From Burkholderiaceae bacterium (GTDB taxonomy: Bacteria > Pseudomonadota > Gammaproteobacteria > Burkholderiales > Burkholderiaceae_C), in NCBI GenBank assembly GCA_040400875.1, contig JBBAPK010000004.1, forward strand, positions 20,840-84,839: a DNA stretch of 64,000 bases, read 5' to 3'. Below, one piece after another: positions 11,277-19,028 of the stretch (its first letter is position 1; the number at the start of each line of letters is the position of its first letter). The translations under genes and the position numbers were made by a program. The notes beneath the pieces are model-generated. The model worked only from the letters and a program-made list of their open reading frames with translations. It searched no databases and was not told the DNA's origin.

Positions 11277-11352
11277 GGGTGCTTAGCTCAGTTGGTAGAG
11301 CGGCGCCCTTACAAGGCGTAGGTCGGGGGTTCGAGCCCCTCAGCACCCACCA
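11277..11352 (+). tRNA. tRNA-Val (anticodon TAC)
   Basis: 76 nt, GGGTGCTTAGCTCAGTTGGTAGAGC...CCTTACAAGG...GGTTCGAGCCCCTCAGCACCCACCA. It folds as a cloverleaf with anticodon loop CTTACAA and an encoded CCA. Confidence 0.95.
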
Positions 11353-11376
11353 CAGAACAACAAAAAAAGGGCATCA

Positions 11377-11769
11377 ATGAAACGCAAGGGCGTCAACGGC
11401 TTGGCCGAAGTGTTTACCCGTGAGACCAACGAGCCTGGAGTGGTGGCACTCGAACTGGTTGACGGCCAAGGGCGCTCGTTTGCAGCGGCCATCGATGTCA
11501 ACGGTATTGCCGCATTGATGAACCGCTTGTTGGGTCTGGCTGCTGAACCTGTGTTCGCCACGTCGTCCCGGATGGGTGCGGAAAAGCCCGCTCAGTGTCA
11601 GGCCGATGTGAGCAGCATTGAAATGCGCGCGGGTCGATCCGATGCTGAAGTGGTAGCCAATTTGACCATTGGCGGTCTGCAACTGGCCGTGTTTCTGCCT
11701 CGCGAAGAACTCATGAAAGCCGTGGCCGGTCTTGCGCCGACGGCGCAGGAACAAGGCCCCGGCGCCTGA
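11377..11769 (+). CDS. hypothetical protein (130 aa)
   Basis: ATG ORF 24 nt after tRNA-Val. Third positions are GC-biased, and a strong hairpin terminator follows. I recognise no domain. Confidence 0.55.
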   Translation: MKRKGVNGLAEVFTRETNEPGVVALELVDGQGRSFAAAIDVNGIAALMNRLLGLAAEPVFATSSRMGAEKPAQCQADVSSIEMRAGRSDAEVVANLTIGGLQLAVFLPREELMKAVAGLAPTAQEQGPGA

Positions 11770-11840
11770 GTCGACCGGCTCACGCGTGACACGGTGGGTG
11801 TCATCTTCGCGCAGATAAACTTTGCGGCATGGATCCAGCA

Positions 11841-11866
11841 GGGGCGAACCAAGGTTCGCCCCTTTC
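11841..11866 (+). terminator. rho-independent terminator candidate
   Basis: GGGGCGAACC/GGTTCGCCCC perfect inverted repeat (effective 8-bp stem, 6-nt loop) followed by TTTC. Confidence 0.5.
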
Positions 11867-11942
11867 ACATTCCGCGTGCCACTCACCCTGTGCGCGGGTT
11901 CACCCTTGATCTGAACCCGCCTCATTCCACCCGAGATTGACG

Positions 11943-13871
11943 ATGTTTAACTTTGTCCGCAACCACATGCGCAAGCTGCAGTTCATTTTGCTGCTGCTGA
12001 TCCTGCCTTCGCTGGGGCTCGTTGGTTTGGAAAGTTACACGGGATTTTCTGAAAATGCCGGTTCGGCGCCAGCCAAGGTTGATGGCCAGGCGATCACCCA
12101 GGCCGAGTGGGACTCCGCGCATCGCGATCAGGTCGAGCAGATGCGCCGCAGGATGCCCAACGTGGACTCCAGACTGCTCGACAGTCCAGAGTTGAAAAAG
12201 GACTCGCTCGAAAACCTCGTCCAAAGGCGAGTGCTGATGGCCGCGGCCAACCAGCTTCATCTGTCCATCACGGATGATCGTCTGCAGCGTTTGTTCGCCA
12301 CGTCCGAGCAGTTCGCACCGATCCGCAATCCGGATGGCAGCGTGAACAAGGAACTGCTGGCCGCTCAGGGCATGTCCAGCGAGATGTTCGCTGCGCGTTT
12401 GCGGCAGGATCTGTCAGTGCAGCAGGTGGCGCAGGGTTTGTCGAGCACGGTCTTCGCCTCGAGGTCAGCGGCTGACCATGCGGTAGACACCTTCTTTCAG
12501 CAAAGGCAAGTGCGCGTGCAGCGCTTCGATGCGTCTGCTTATGCGTCCAAGGTGAACCCCACAGACGCCGACATCGAGCAGTACTACAAGGACCCGGCCC
12601 ACACATCGCAGTTTCAGGCGCCTGAGCAAGCGAGCATTGAATACGTGGTGCTCGATGTGGATGCCATCAAGAAGGGCCTAGCGGTCAACGAAGAGGACCT
12701 GCGCCGTTATTACGAAGAAAACGCATCGCGCTTTGGCACACCCGAAGAACGTCGCGCTAGCCACATCCTGATCGCGGCCGACAAGTCACTGCCCGCTGAT
12801 GAACGCGCCAAGGCGCGAGCCAAGGCCGAGGAAATCAGCGCCGCGTTGGCCAAGAACCCGGCTCAGTTTGCCGAGCTTGCCCAAAAGAATTCGCAAGATC
12901 CCGGCTCGGCCGCCAAGGGCGGCGACCTCGATTTCTTCGCGCCCGGTGCCATGGTCAAGCCTTTCGAGGATGCGGCCTATTCCCTCAAGGTGGGCCAGAC
13001 CAGCGCGGTGGTTGAAACCGATTTCGGTTTTCACATCATTCGGCTCACCGATATCCGTGGTGGCGACAAGCGCAGTTTTGAATCGGCACGGCCTGAAATC
13101 GAGGCCGAGGTTCGCAAGCAATTGGCGCAGGAGAAGTTTGCCGAAGCCGCTGAAGACTTCACCAACATGGTCTACGAGCAGTCCGACAGCCTCAATCCCG
13201 TCATTGAAAAGTACAAGCTTGAGCTCAAGACGGCTCAGGGTGTCACCCGCAAGCCTGCCGCCAGCGCCAAAGGTGTGATCGCATCAGCCAAGTTTCTGGA
13301 CGCAATTTTTTCCAGCGACGCCTTGACCAGCAAGCGCAACACGCCGGCGGTTGAAGTGGCGGCCAGGCAATTGGTCTCCGGTCGAGTGCTCAATCACCAG
13401 GCCGCCCACGCGCTGTCGCTGGACGAAGTCAAGGACAAGGTTCGGCTGCTGGTGTCGCAGTCTCAGGCAGCAGCACTGGCGCGCAAGGCGGGTGAGCAGC
13501 GTTTGGCTGAACTCAAGCAGGCTCCGCAGACCGACATGCGAATCGAGCCGCAGATGGTCTCGCGTTTGCAGACCGGTCAATTGGGCGAGCCACTGATCAC
13601 TGCCATCTTGAGCGCTGACATGAAGTCTGCGCCAGGCTTTGTCGGCGTTGACCTCGCAGCGCAGGGCTATGTCGTTGCGCGAATCGACAAGGTGATCGGT
13701 CGTGACCCGGCGGCGGCTGACACATCCCGCGCGATCAGCCAGTACGCCGAGGCCTGGGGAGCCGCCGAGTCGCAGGCCTACTTCGCCTCTTTGCGCAACC
13801 GCTTCAAGGTGCAGATCAACGAAAAAGAAGTCGCCAAGAAGGCGCTCAACGACTCCACCGAGACGCGTTGA
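11943..13871 (+). CDS. ppiD: periplasmic chaperone / peptidyl-prolyl isomerase PpiD
   Basis: The ATG at 11943 gives MFNFVRNHMRKLQFILLLLILP (membrane anchor). A SurA-like N-terminal domain and a parvulin domain (ASHILI...GGDLDFF...FGFHIIRL) are present. 642 aa. Confidence 0.85.
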   Translation: MFNFVRNHMRKLQFILLLLILPSLGLVGLESYTGFSENAGSAPAKVDGQAITQAEWDSAHRDQVEQMRRRMPNVDSRLLDSPELKKDSLENLVQRRVLMAAANQLHLSITDDRLQRLFATSEQFAPIRNPDGSVNKELLAAQGMSSEMFAARLRQDLSVQQVAQGLSSTVFASRSAADHAVDTFFQQRQVRVQRFDASAYASKVNPTDADIEQYYKDPAHTSQFQAPEQASIEYVVLDVDAIKKGLAVNEEDLRRYYEENASRFGTPEERRASHILIAADKSLPADERAKARAKAEEISAALAKNPAQFAELAQKNSQDPGSAAKGGDLDFFAPGAMVKPFEDAAYSLKVGQTSAVVETDFGFHIIRLTDIRGGDKRSFESARPEIEAEVRKQLAQEKFAEAAEDFTNMVYEQSDSLNPVIEKYKLELKTAQGVTRKPAASAKGVIASAKFLDAIFSSDALTSKRNTPAVEVAARQLVSGRVLNHQAAHALSLDEVKDKVRLLVSQSQAAALARKAGEQRLAELKQAPQTDMRIEPQMVSRLQTGQLGEPLITAILSADMKSAPGFVGVDLAAQGYVVARIDKVIGRDPAAADTSRAISQYAEAWGAAESQAYFASLRNRFKVQINEKEVAKKALNDSTETR

Positions 13872-13888
13872 CACAGCACTTCCACCGG

Positions 13889-13916
13889 CCGACAAGCACA
13901 GGCTGCAGCCTATAAT
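13889..13916 (+). promoter_or_regulatory. candidate promoter for tRNA-His
   Basis: Perfect TATAAT at 13911-13916, 11 nt before the tRNA 5' end. There is a weak -35 CCGACA at 13889-13894 with 16-nt spacing. Confidence 0.4.
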
Positions 13917-13927
13917 TGCGCCTCTGC

Positions 13928-14004
13928 GGTGGCTGTAGCTCAGTTGGTAGAGTCCAGGATTGTGATTCCTGTTGTCGTGGGTTCGAGCCCCATCAGCCAC
14001 CCCA
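13928..14004 (+). tRNA. tRNA-His (anticodon GTG)
   Basis: 77 nt, GGTGGCTGTAGCTCAGTTGGTAGAG...GGATTGTGATTCC...GGGTTCGAGCCCCATCAGCCACCCCA. It has the extra 5' G(-1) typical of tRNA-His. Confidence 0.95.
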
Positions 14005-14015
14005 TAAATTCTTTA

Positions 14016-14052
14016 ACGCCGACAAGCAATTAGCTTAGTCGGCGTTTTTCTT
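14016..14052 (+). terminator. rho-independent terminator after tRNA-His
   Basis: Perfect 8-bp stem ACGCCGAC/GTCGGCGT (14016-14023 / 14038-14045), a 14-nt loop, then TTTTTCTT. Confidence 0.5.
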
Positions 14053-14362
14053 GGGGACACTCCAGGGACAATTCCGGCTTGTCCATGAGCTTGGCCATCT
14101 CGATGTCGTCGGCCTGGCCTGGCAGCCATTTCGAGTAAGTGCTAAGAAAAATCTCGACGCTGTGCCCCAGTTGGGCGGCCGCAAACGCAGGACTCATCCC
14201 CGCCATCAGCATCTCGGTGGCGCGCGTGTGGCGGCAGTTGTAGGGCCTGCGGTAGCGCGCACCGAGCCGCTTGAGCGTCCGGGTCCAGTGGCTGCGACGA
14301 AAGGCCCTCTCGTCTGTCCACGGCGTGCCGTAGCGCGGGTCCAAGAAGAACGGAACTGCCAC
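14030..14362 (-). pseudogene. tyrosine recombinase/phage integrase, C-terminal catalytic fragment only
   Basis: Only about 110 codons remain, starting at a GTG. They retain the catalytic-domain motifs (RHTRATEML, LGHSVEIFLSTYSKW with the Tyr nucleophile). The roughly 250-300 aa N-terminal arm/core-binding part is missing, and the antitoxin gene begins only 4 nt upstream. Confidence 0.75.
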
Positions 14363-14366
14363 CCGT

Positions 14367-14654
14367 TCAGGTCACAGGCAGTGGCTCAATGCGTACCACC
14401 GCGCGCGCGCCCACGGCCCGGGCGTAGCGTTGAACAGTACGCAGCGACGGCGCGCGGCTACCCCCTTCCAGTCGGGCAATCGCGCTCTGTGTCGTGCCCA
14501 TGAGAGCAGCGACGTCGCTTTGCGTCATTCCGGCTCGGGCGCGCGCGGCAATCAACTCGTGGGCCATGTCGAATTCAGCCGCCTGATGCTCGTACTCGGC
14601 GCGGGTGGCAGGGTCGTCCAGCAGTTCGCGCTTGATGTCTTTGAGGCTTTTCAT
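14367..14654 (-). CDS. higA: XRE-family HTH antitoxin (HigA-like)
   Basis: 95 aa with an HTH (AGMTQSDVAALMGTTQSAIARLEGG). Its start overlaps the stop of the upstream toxin as ATGA. Confidence 0.85.
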   Translation of the reverse strand: MKSLKDIKRELLDDPATRAEYEHQAAEFDMAHELIAARARAGMTQSDVAALMGTTQSAIARLEGGSRAPSLRTVQRYARAVGARAVVRIEPLPVT

Positions 14655-14977
14655 GATGCGATGTCTTCCAGTCGTTTGCGAGCCGTGGTCAACGCTCTGC
14701 GCGGCGTGGCCTGTGTCTTCTTGACGAAGACGTGCAGCACCAGCAGGCGGCGGCCTTGAATAGCGGCGTACACGGCGCGTGCAATACCGTCTCGGCCCTG
14801 CATGCGCATCTCCCAGAGCTTGTCTTCCAAGGGGCGGATGTGCGGCAGGCCGAGATGCTGCGGCCCAAAGTCTTCAAGCAACTCGGCGATGTGCAAGAAG
14901 CGAGCACGCATGTCTGCCGGGAGTGCTTGCAGTTCGGGCTCTGCCAGCGGGTGTAGGGCGTCTGTCCAAGTGTTCAA
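14651..14977 (-). CDS. higB: type II toxin, RelE/HigB superfamily (Gp49-like)
   Basis: 108 aa with the toxin-first gene order typical of higBA. The conserved core is LWEMRMQGRDGIARAVYAAIQGRRLLVLHVFVKKTQATP. The only in-frame start is TTG at 14977. Confidence 0.8.
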   Translation of the reverse strand: MNTWTDALHPLAEPELQALPADMRARFLHIAELLEDFGPQHLGLPHIRPLEDKLWEMRMQGRDGIARAVYAAIQGRRLLVLHVFVKKTQATPRRALTTARKRLEDIAS

Positions 14978-14980
14978 AGT

Positions 14981-14996
14981 ATAGCCATTGTGCTAT
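14981..14996. promoter_or_regulatory. palindromic operator candidate upstream of higB
   Basis: ATAGC-N6-GCTAT inverted repeat 4 nt upstream of the toxin start, in an AT-rich patch. Confidence 0.3.
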
Positions 14997-15336
14997 TTTT
15001 AAGCCACCGCCCGAAGGCCGGTCGCGGCCAAATTTTTCGCACCGAACGCCACCCCGGCTTCTTTCAGAACCCATGCCTCGATGCGCTCTCGGTGCGTCGC
15101 CAGCAGTTCAAGCGGGCGCAGCTTGTAGTGCGCCTGAACGGAGATCAAGCATCTCAGCGCACAAGCTCATGGGGTGAGCCTGTGCTTTGAATTCGGCGAC
15201 TGCGTTTCACCCGGATGGCTTCATCCCTGTCGCGTGCCAATTTCAATTTGCCTTTGCATGCTTGGTTTGAGACGGCAACAATCCATCTCAATCGGCAGAT
15301 CGCCCGCTTTGATAGTTTCTTGACGAGGTTCTTCCC

Positions 15337-17097
15337 ATGACTGTTCGAGCCCCATTGACCTTTGCCGCACCCACCTCGTTCGCCGCGCGTTTTTGTCGAT
15401 TGGCAGCAGCCGTATTAGTGGCTTTGCAGCTGGGGTCTTGCGGCGGCGGCTCCGGGTCATCCGATGCCCAGGTGCCCGAACCCGAGCTCATTCAAAGCAC
15501 CAACGGGTCGCTCACCTACACCTTGACGCAAGCGCCTGCCCAGATCACGGTGGGCGGAACCTCCGTGCGGTCGAATGTCTACAACGGCAGGTACATCCCT
15601 CCCGTGTTCAAGCTGGCGCGGGGCGACACGCTCAATCTCACCGTGGTCAACCGCATCGGTGCGGCGGATGTGCAGATCTCCGGGCCGCAGACCAGCAACA
15701 CGCACTTCCACGGGATGAACATCTCGCCCAGCAACGACAACGTGTTTTTGTCGCTGCAGCCGGGTGCCAAGTATTCATACCAGTGGCAGGTTCCGACGAA
15801 CCATCCCCAGGGCCTTTACTGGATTCATCCGCACGACCATGGACTGGTCGAGCCACAGGTTCTGAGCGGCATGGCGGGCATGCTGGTGATCGATGGTCTG
15901 GTCAGTCAGCACTACCCGGCATTCGCCGGCCTGAAGGAGCGCAATCTGCTCTTGAAGGACTTCACTTTCCCCGGCTTTCAGGACGGCGACGTCAAGACGA
16001 AGACCATCAACGGCACCATCGGTGCATCGATCCAGATGCGCCCGGGCGAGATGCAGGTGTGGAATCTGGGCAACTTTGGCGCCGATGCTTACTTCAACTT
16101 CGCCGTGGCTGCTCCTGTTCAGATCTGGGAAATCGGCCACGATGGCAACGTGCTGGAACAACCACAGCAACTCAGCTCGGTGTTCTTGCCACCGGGTGCT
16201 CGCTCGGTGGTGGTGGTTGTGGCGCCCAGCACCCCAGGCACCTATTCGATTGACTCGCTCAATGTGGACACCGGCCCTGCGGGTGACCCCAACCCCACCG
16301 TCAATCTGGCCAAACTGGTGGTCAGTGGCGATGCGTCGACCAACGCGACTTCACTGCAATACGCCCTGACGCAACCGGCGGCCGATCAAGTCGGCATCAA
16401 CCCGACCGTGGCTTTGGTGGAAGCGTTGGCAGTGACGAACAGCCGCACGCTGACCTTCAGCGAATCTGATGATGGCAACACGTTCTACATTGACAGCGGT
16501 GATGGCAAGGGCCCTCTGGTCTATGACCCCGACTACATCAACATCGCTGTCACCTTGGGCTCTGTCGAGAGATGGACCATCTTGAACACCAGCAGCGAGC
16601 GCCATGTGTTTCACATTCACCAACTCGATTTCCTTGTTGAATCGATCAACAACGACGATCAGGACGAGGAGGGGCTGCGCGATGTGATTGACCTGCCCTA
16701 TGCGCAAAACGGCGTGCCCGGCAAGGTCGTCTTGAAGATCCCCTTCAACGATCCGACGATGGTTGGAAACTTCGTTTATCACTGCCACATCGTGGGTCAC
16801 GAAGACGCAGGGATGATGGCCAACCTCACGGTGAACGCCTCTGGCAGCACCGCGGCACTTGGGCCCGCACGCATGCGCCTCATCAAGCCTGAGGTGGACA
16901 ACGGGCTGTGGACGCGCATAGCACGCTGGGTGGGCCTGGAGCCGCCAGTGGTGGTCGCCTTGCCCGACGCGCCGGTGTGCCGCACGCCCGTCAAGACCGC
17001 CTCAGTCGGAACCGACAAGCGCCAGCGCTCGAGAACGGTGCCCGCCGCGAGCGACAACCAGGCCAAGGCCACTGTGCTTGTCGACAGCAAGCGTTGA
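15337..17097 (+). CDS. multicopper oxidase, predicted lipoprotein
   Basis: 586 aa. The signal has a Cys (LVALQLGSCGGGSG). All four copper motifs are present: HFHGM, WIHPHDHG, HIHQLDF and HCHIVGHEDAGMM. About 87 aa of tail follow the last motif. Confidence 0.85.
   Translation: MTVRAPLTFAAPTSFAARFCRLAAAVLVALQLGSCGGGSGSSDAQVPEPELIQSTNGSLTYTLTQAPAQITVGGTSVRSNVYNGRYIPPVFKLARGDTLNLTVVNRIGAADVQISGPQTSNTHFHGMNISPSNDNVFLSLQPGAKYSYQWQVPTNHPQGLYWIHPHDHGLVEPQVLSGMAGMLVIDGLVSQHYPAFAGLKERNLLLKDFTFPGFQDGDVKTKTINGTIGASIQMRPGEMQVWNLGNFGADAYFNFAVAAPVQIWEIGHDGNVLEQPQQLSSVFLPPGARSVVVVVAPSTPGTYSIDSLNVDTGPAGDPNPTVNLAKLVVSGDASTNATSLQYALTQPAADQVGINPTVALVEALAVTNSRTLTFSESDDGNTFYIDSGDGKGPLVYDPDYINIAVTLGSVERWTILNTSSERHVFHIHQLDFLVESINNDDQDEEGLRDVIDLPYAQNGVPGKVVLKIPFNDPTMVGNFVYHCHIVGHEDAGMMANLTVNASGSTAALGPARMRLIKPEVDNGLWTRIARWVGLEPPVVVALPDAPVCRTPVKTASVGTDKRQRSRTVPAASDNQAKATVLVDSKR
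15343..15355 (+). repeat. 13-nt direct repeat of the tRNA-His T-arm/acceptor segment (att-like scar)
   Basis: GTTCGAGCCCCAT is identical to 13981-13993 inside tRNA-His. Confidence 0.5.
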
Positions 17098-17112
17098 GTG
17101 ACCGCGCGCCGT

Positions 17113-17565
17113 CTAGATCGGCATCCAGCAGTCGAATGTGGCGGCTTGGCCGTGACAAGCGCCCGCGGTGTCGATCAGGTTCCACACGACGGCTCGCTCG
17201 ATTCGAAATCGCTTGCCGCTGGCTGCGATCCTGATGCCCGAGTAGTCGGCAATGAAGCCATCGCGGCCGACCCGCTCGAGCAGCCGGGCCCGTTCTTCGC
17301 GCAGCAGGGGTTCGGCCGACAGCCGCGAGGGCATGCCCACGAAAGTCGCCCAATCCAACTCGAAGAGCGACAGAGCCGAGCGATTGCCGTAAAAAAACAA
17401 GGGGTCGGACTCTGTGCCGTGGGCCACGATCACTGCGCTGGCGTTCCACATCGCATCGCGCAGGGGGCCTGAGCGCACGACCAGATCGTGCCCTGTCAAG
17501 CGGGCATGGCTGTCGGCGATGAGGCTCAGGCGGTCATCGCTGAGTGGGTTATCGCTGCCCAGCAT
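17113..17565 (-). CDS. MEKHLA (PAS-like) domain protein
   Basis: The core DPLFFYGNRSALSLFELDWATFVGMPSRLSAEPLLREERARLLERVGRDGFIADYSGIRIAASGKRFRIERAVVWNLID matches the MEKHLA family pattern. I chose the ATG at 17565; the tracked ORF begins at a TTG at 17625. Confidence 0.75.
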   Translation of the reverse strand: MLGSDNPLSDDRLSLIADSHARLTGHDLVVRSGPLRDAMWNASAVIVAHGTESDPLFFYGNRSALSLFELDWATFVGMPSRLSAEPLLREERARLLERVGRDGFIADYSGIRIAASGKRFRIERAVVWNLIDTAGACHGQAATFDCWMPI

Positions 17566-18187
17566 TGGCGCGAGCCGACTCGCACAGCTTCTTGCAGGCG
17601 GCGCGAATTGTTTCGTTGACGGCAAGCAACCTGAGTTTCGTCAGGCCCGCCACTTCCTTGGCGCTGAAACCCTTGCTCAGGTGGGTGAGCACGTCGATCT
17701 CCACAGGACTCAAGCCGTCCCCCTTGAGCCCCGCTTCCTGAAAATGAGCCAGCACGCGACGGGCGAGGGCAGGCGACAGCGGCGGCTTGCCACGAACGAT
17801 TTTTTGAAGGTTCTCGACCACGGCCTCGAAGCGTTCTTCTTTCAAGAGGTATCCATCCGCGCCCAGTTTCAAGGCGGGAAACAGATGTTCATCGTCGGCA
17901 TACAGCGACGTGACGATCTTCGCGCCCCTGGCCGTCGGAAATTCAACCAGCAGATCAAGTCCTGCGAGGTCAGGCAAGTCGAGGTCGATCAGGAGGATGT
18001 CGAACGGCAGGCGCGGATTTGCACTGGCCTCGTCAACAAGCATCGACGACAGGATCGCTTCTCGCGCTGATGGCAGATCGCCGACTTCGGTGAGCGTCAT
18101 GGCATCGGTGAAACTTTCGCTCACCACGCGGGCCAGGAAGGCCCGGGTCTGCGGGTTTTGTTCGAAGATCAAAACATTGACGGACAT
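17549..18187 (-). CDS. response regulator, LuxR/FixJ (GerE HTH) family
   Basis: The ATG at 18187 gives MSVNVLIFEQN. The receiver has the phospho-acceptor context ILLIDLDLPD, Thr in IVTSLY and Lys in YLLKEE. The C-terminal HTH is LSPVEIDVLTHLSKGFSAKEVAGL. The 3' end overlaps the MEKHLA gene start by 17 nt. Confidence 0.85.
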   Translation of the reverse strand: MSVNVLIFEQNPQTRAFLARVVSESFTDAMTLTEVGDLPSAREAILSSMLVDEASANPRLPFDILLIDLDLPDLAGLDLLVEFPTARGAKIVTSLYADDEHLFPALKLGADGYLLKEERFEAVVENLQKIVRGKPPLSPALARRVLAHFQEAGLKGDGLSPVEIDVLTHLSKGFSAKEVAGLTKLRLLAVNETIRAACKKLCESARANAGQR

Positions 18188-18269
18188 GGCCAGACGCTGA
18201 TCAGTGATGAGCAAATGCTAGCAGTGCGTTCGCCCCGGGACGAGCACATCGACTCCTACAATGATTTGC

Positions 18270-19028
18270 ATGCGCATCCTGATTGCCAACGACGATGGTT
18301 ACCTGGCGCCCGGACTTGCAGCATTGGTGAGGGCTTGCGAGGGTTTGGGCGATATTGAAGTGATCGCCCCCGAGCAAAACGCCAGCGGTACGTCGAACTC
18401 TCTGACGCTCAGCCGCCCGCTGTCGCTGCATGTGGCGCCAAACGGGTTTCGCTATCTGAACGGCACGCCTTCTGATTGCGTCCACGTGGCCCTGACGGGC
18501 CTGTTGCTCGAGCGCCCAGACCTGGTGGTCTCTGGCATCAACCAGGGCGCCAACATGGGCGACGACACCTTGTACTCAGGCACGGTCGCCGCGGCGATGG
18601 AGGGGTTCCTCTTCGGCATCCCGTCGATCGCCTTCTCGCAGGTCGACAAAGGCTGGGGTCATCTTGATGCGGCGGCGAGAGCGGCAAGGCGGGTGATTGA
18701 ACAGGTGCTGAGCCAGCCGCCAGCAAGGCGGCCGTTTTTGCTCAACGTGAACATCCCGAACCGTGAAGATGCAGACCAGCTGCCCGCGCAGATTACGCGC
18801 CTGGGTCGTCGCCATGCCAGCGAGCCGGTGATTCTTCAGACGAGCCCGCGCGGCGACACGATGTACTGGATCGGACCTGCAGGCGATGCCCGCGAAGCAG
18901 GAGAAGGCACCGATTTCCACGCCGTGGCCCATGGTTTTGTTTCCATCACGCCCTTGCAGGTCGACCTCACCGACCATCTGGTGGTGCCCGATTGGCAAAG
19001 CTGGCTGGTCGCGGGCGCAAGACCGTGA
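18270..19028 (+). CDS. surE: 5'/3'-nucleotidase SurE
   Basis: [17 protein letters not shown]-terminus, NxGxNxG ([19 protein letters not shown]), 252 aa. Confidence 0.95.
   Translation: MRILIANDDGYLAPGLAALVRACEGLGDIEVIAPEQNASGTSNSLTLSRPLSLHVAPNGFRYLNGTPSDCVHVALTGLLLERPDLVVSGINQGANMGDDTLYSGTVAAAMEGFLFGIPSIAFSQVDKGWGHLDAAARAARRVIEQVLSQPPARRPFLLNVNIPNREDADQLPAQITRLGRRHASEPVILQTSPRGDTMYWIGPAGDAREAGEGTDFHAVAHGFVSITPLQVDLTDHLVVPDWQSWLVAGARP

Larger units (their letters stand above)
14005..15355. mobile_element. degenerate tRNA-His-associated integrative element remnant
   Basis: Lies directly 3' of tRNA-His and contains a truncated tyrosine recombinase and a TA pair. It is bounded distally by a 13-nt exact repeat (15343-15355) of tRNA-His bases 13981-13993. 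Confidence 0.45.

Noticed and set aside
11770-11942. Possible tRNA-Asp or tRNA remnant after tRNA-Val (GGTTCGCCCC and GCGGGTTCA resemble T-arm sequences).
   Set aside because: Neither segment folds into a cloverleaf, and there is no D-arm or anticodon arm. The matches are at most 8-9 nt, which is expected by chance. They are better explained as a terminator hairpin and an inverted repeat.
14999-15166. A 55-codon open frame on the minus strand in the island scar (..ISVQAHYKLRPLELLATHRERIEAWVLKEAGVAFGAKNLAATGLRAVA), possibly a gene remnant.
   Set aside because: It has no ATG, no ribosome-binding site and no motif I can recognise, and it is too short to call. It would need a translated database search to decide whether it is a relic of an island gene.
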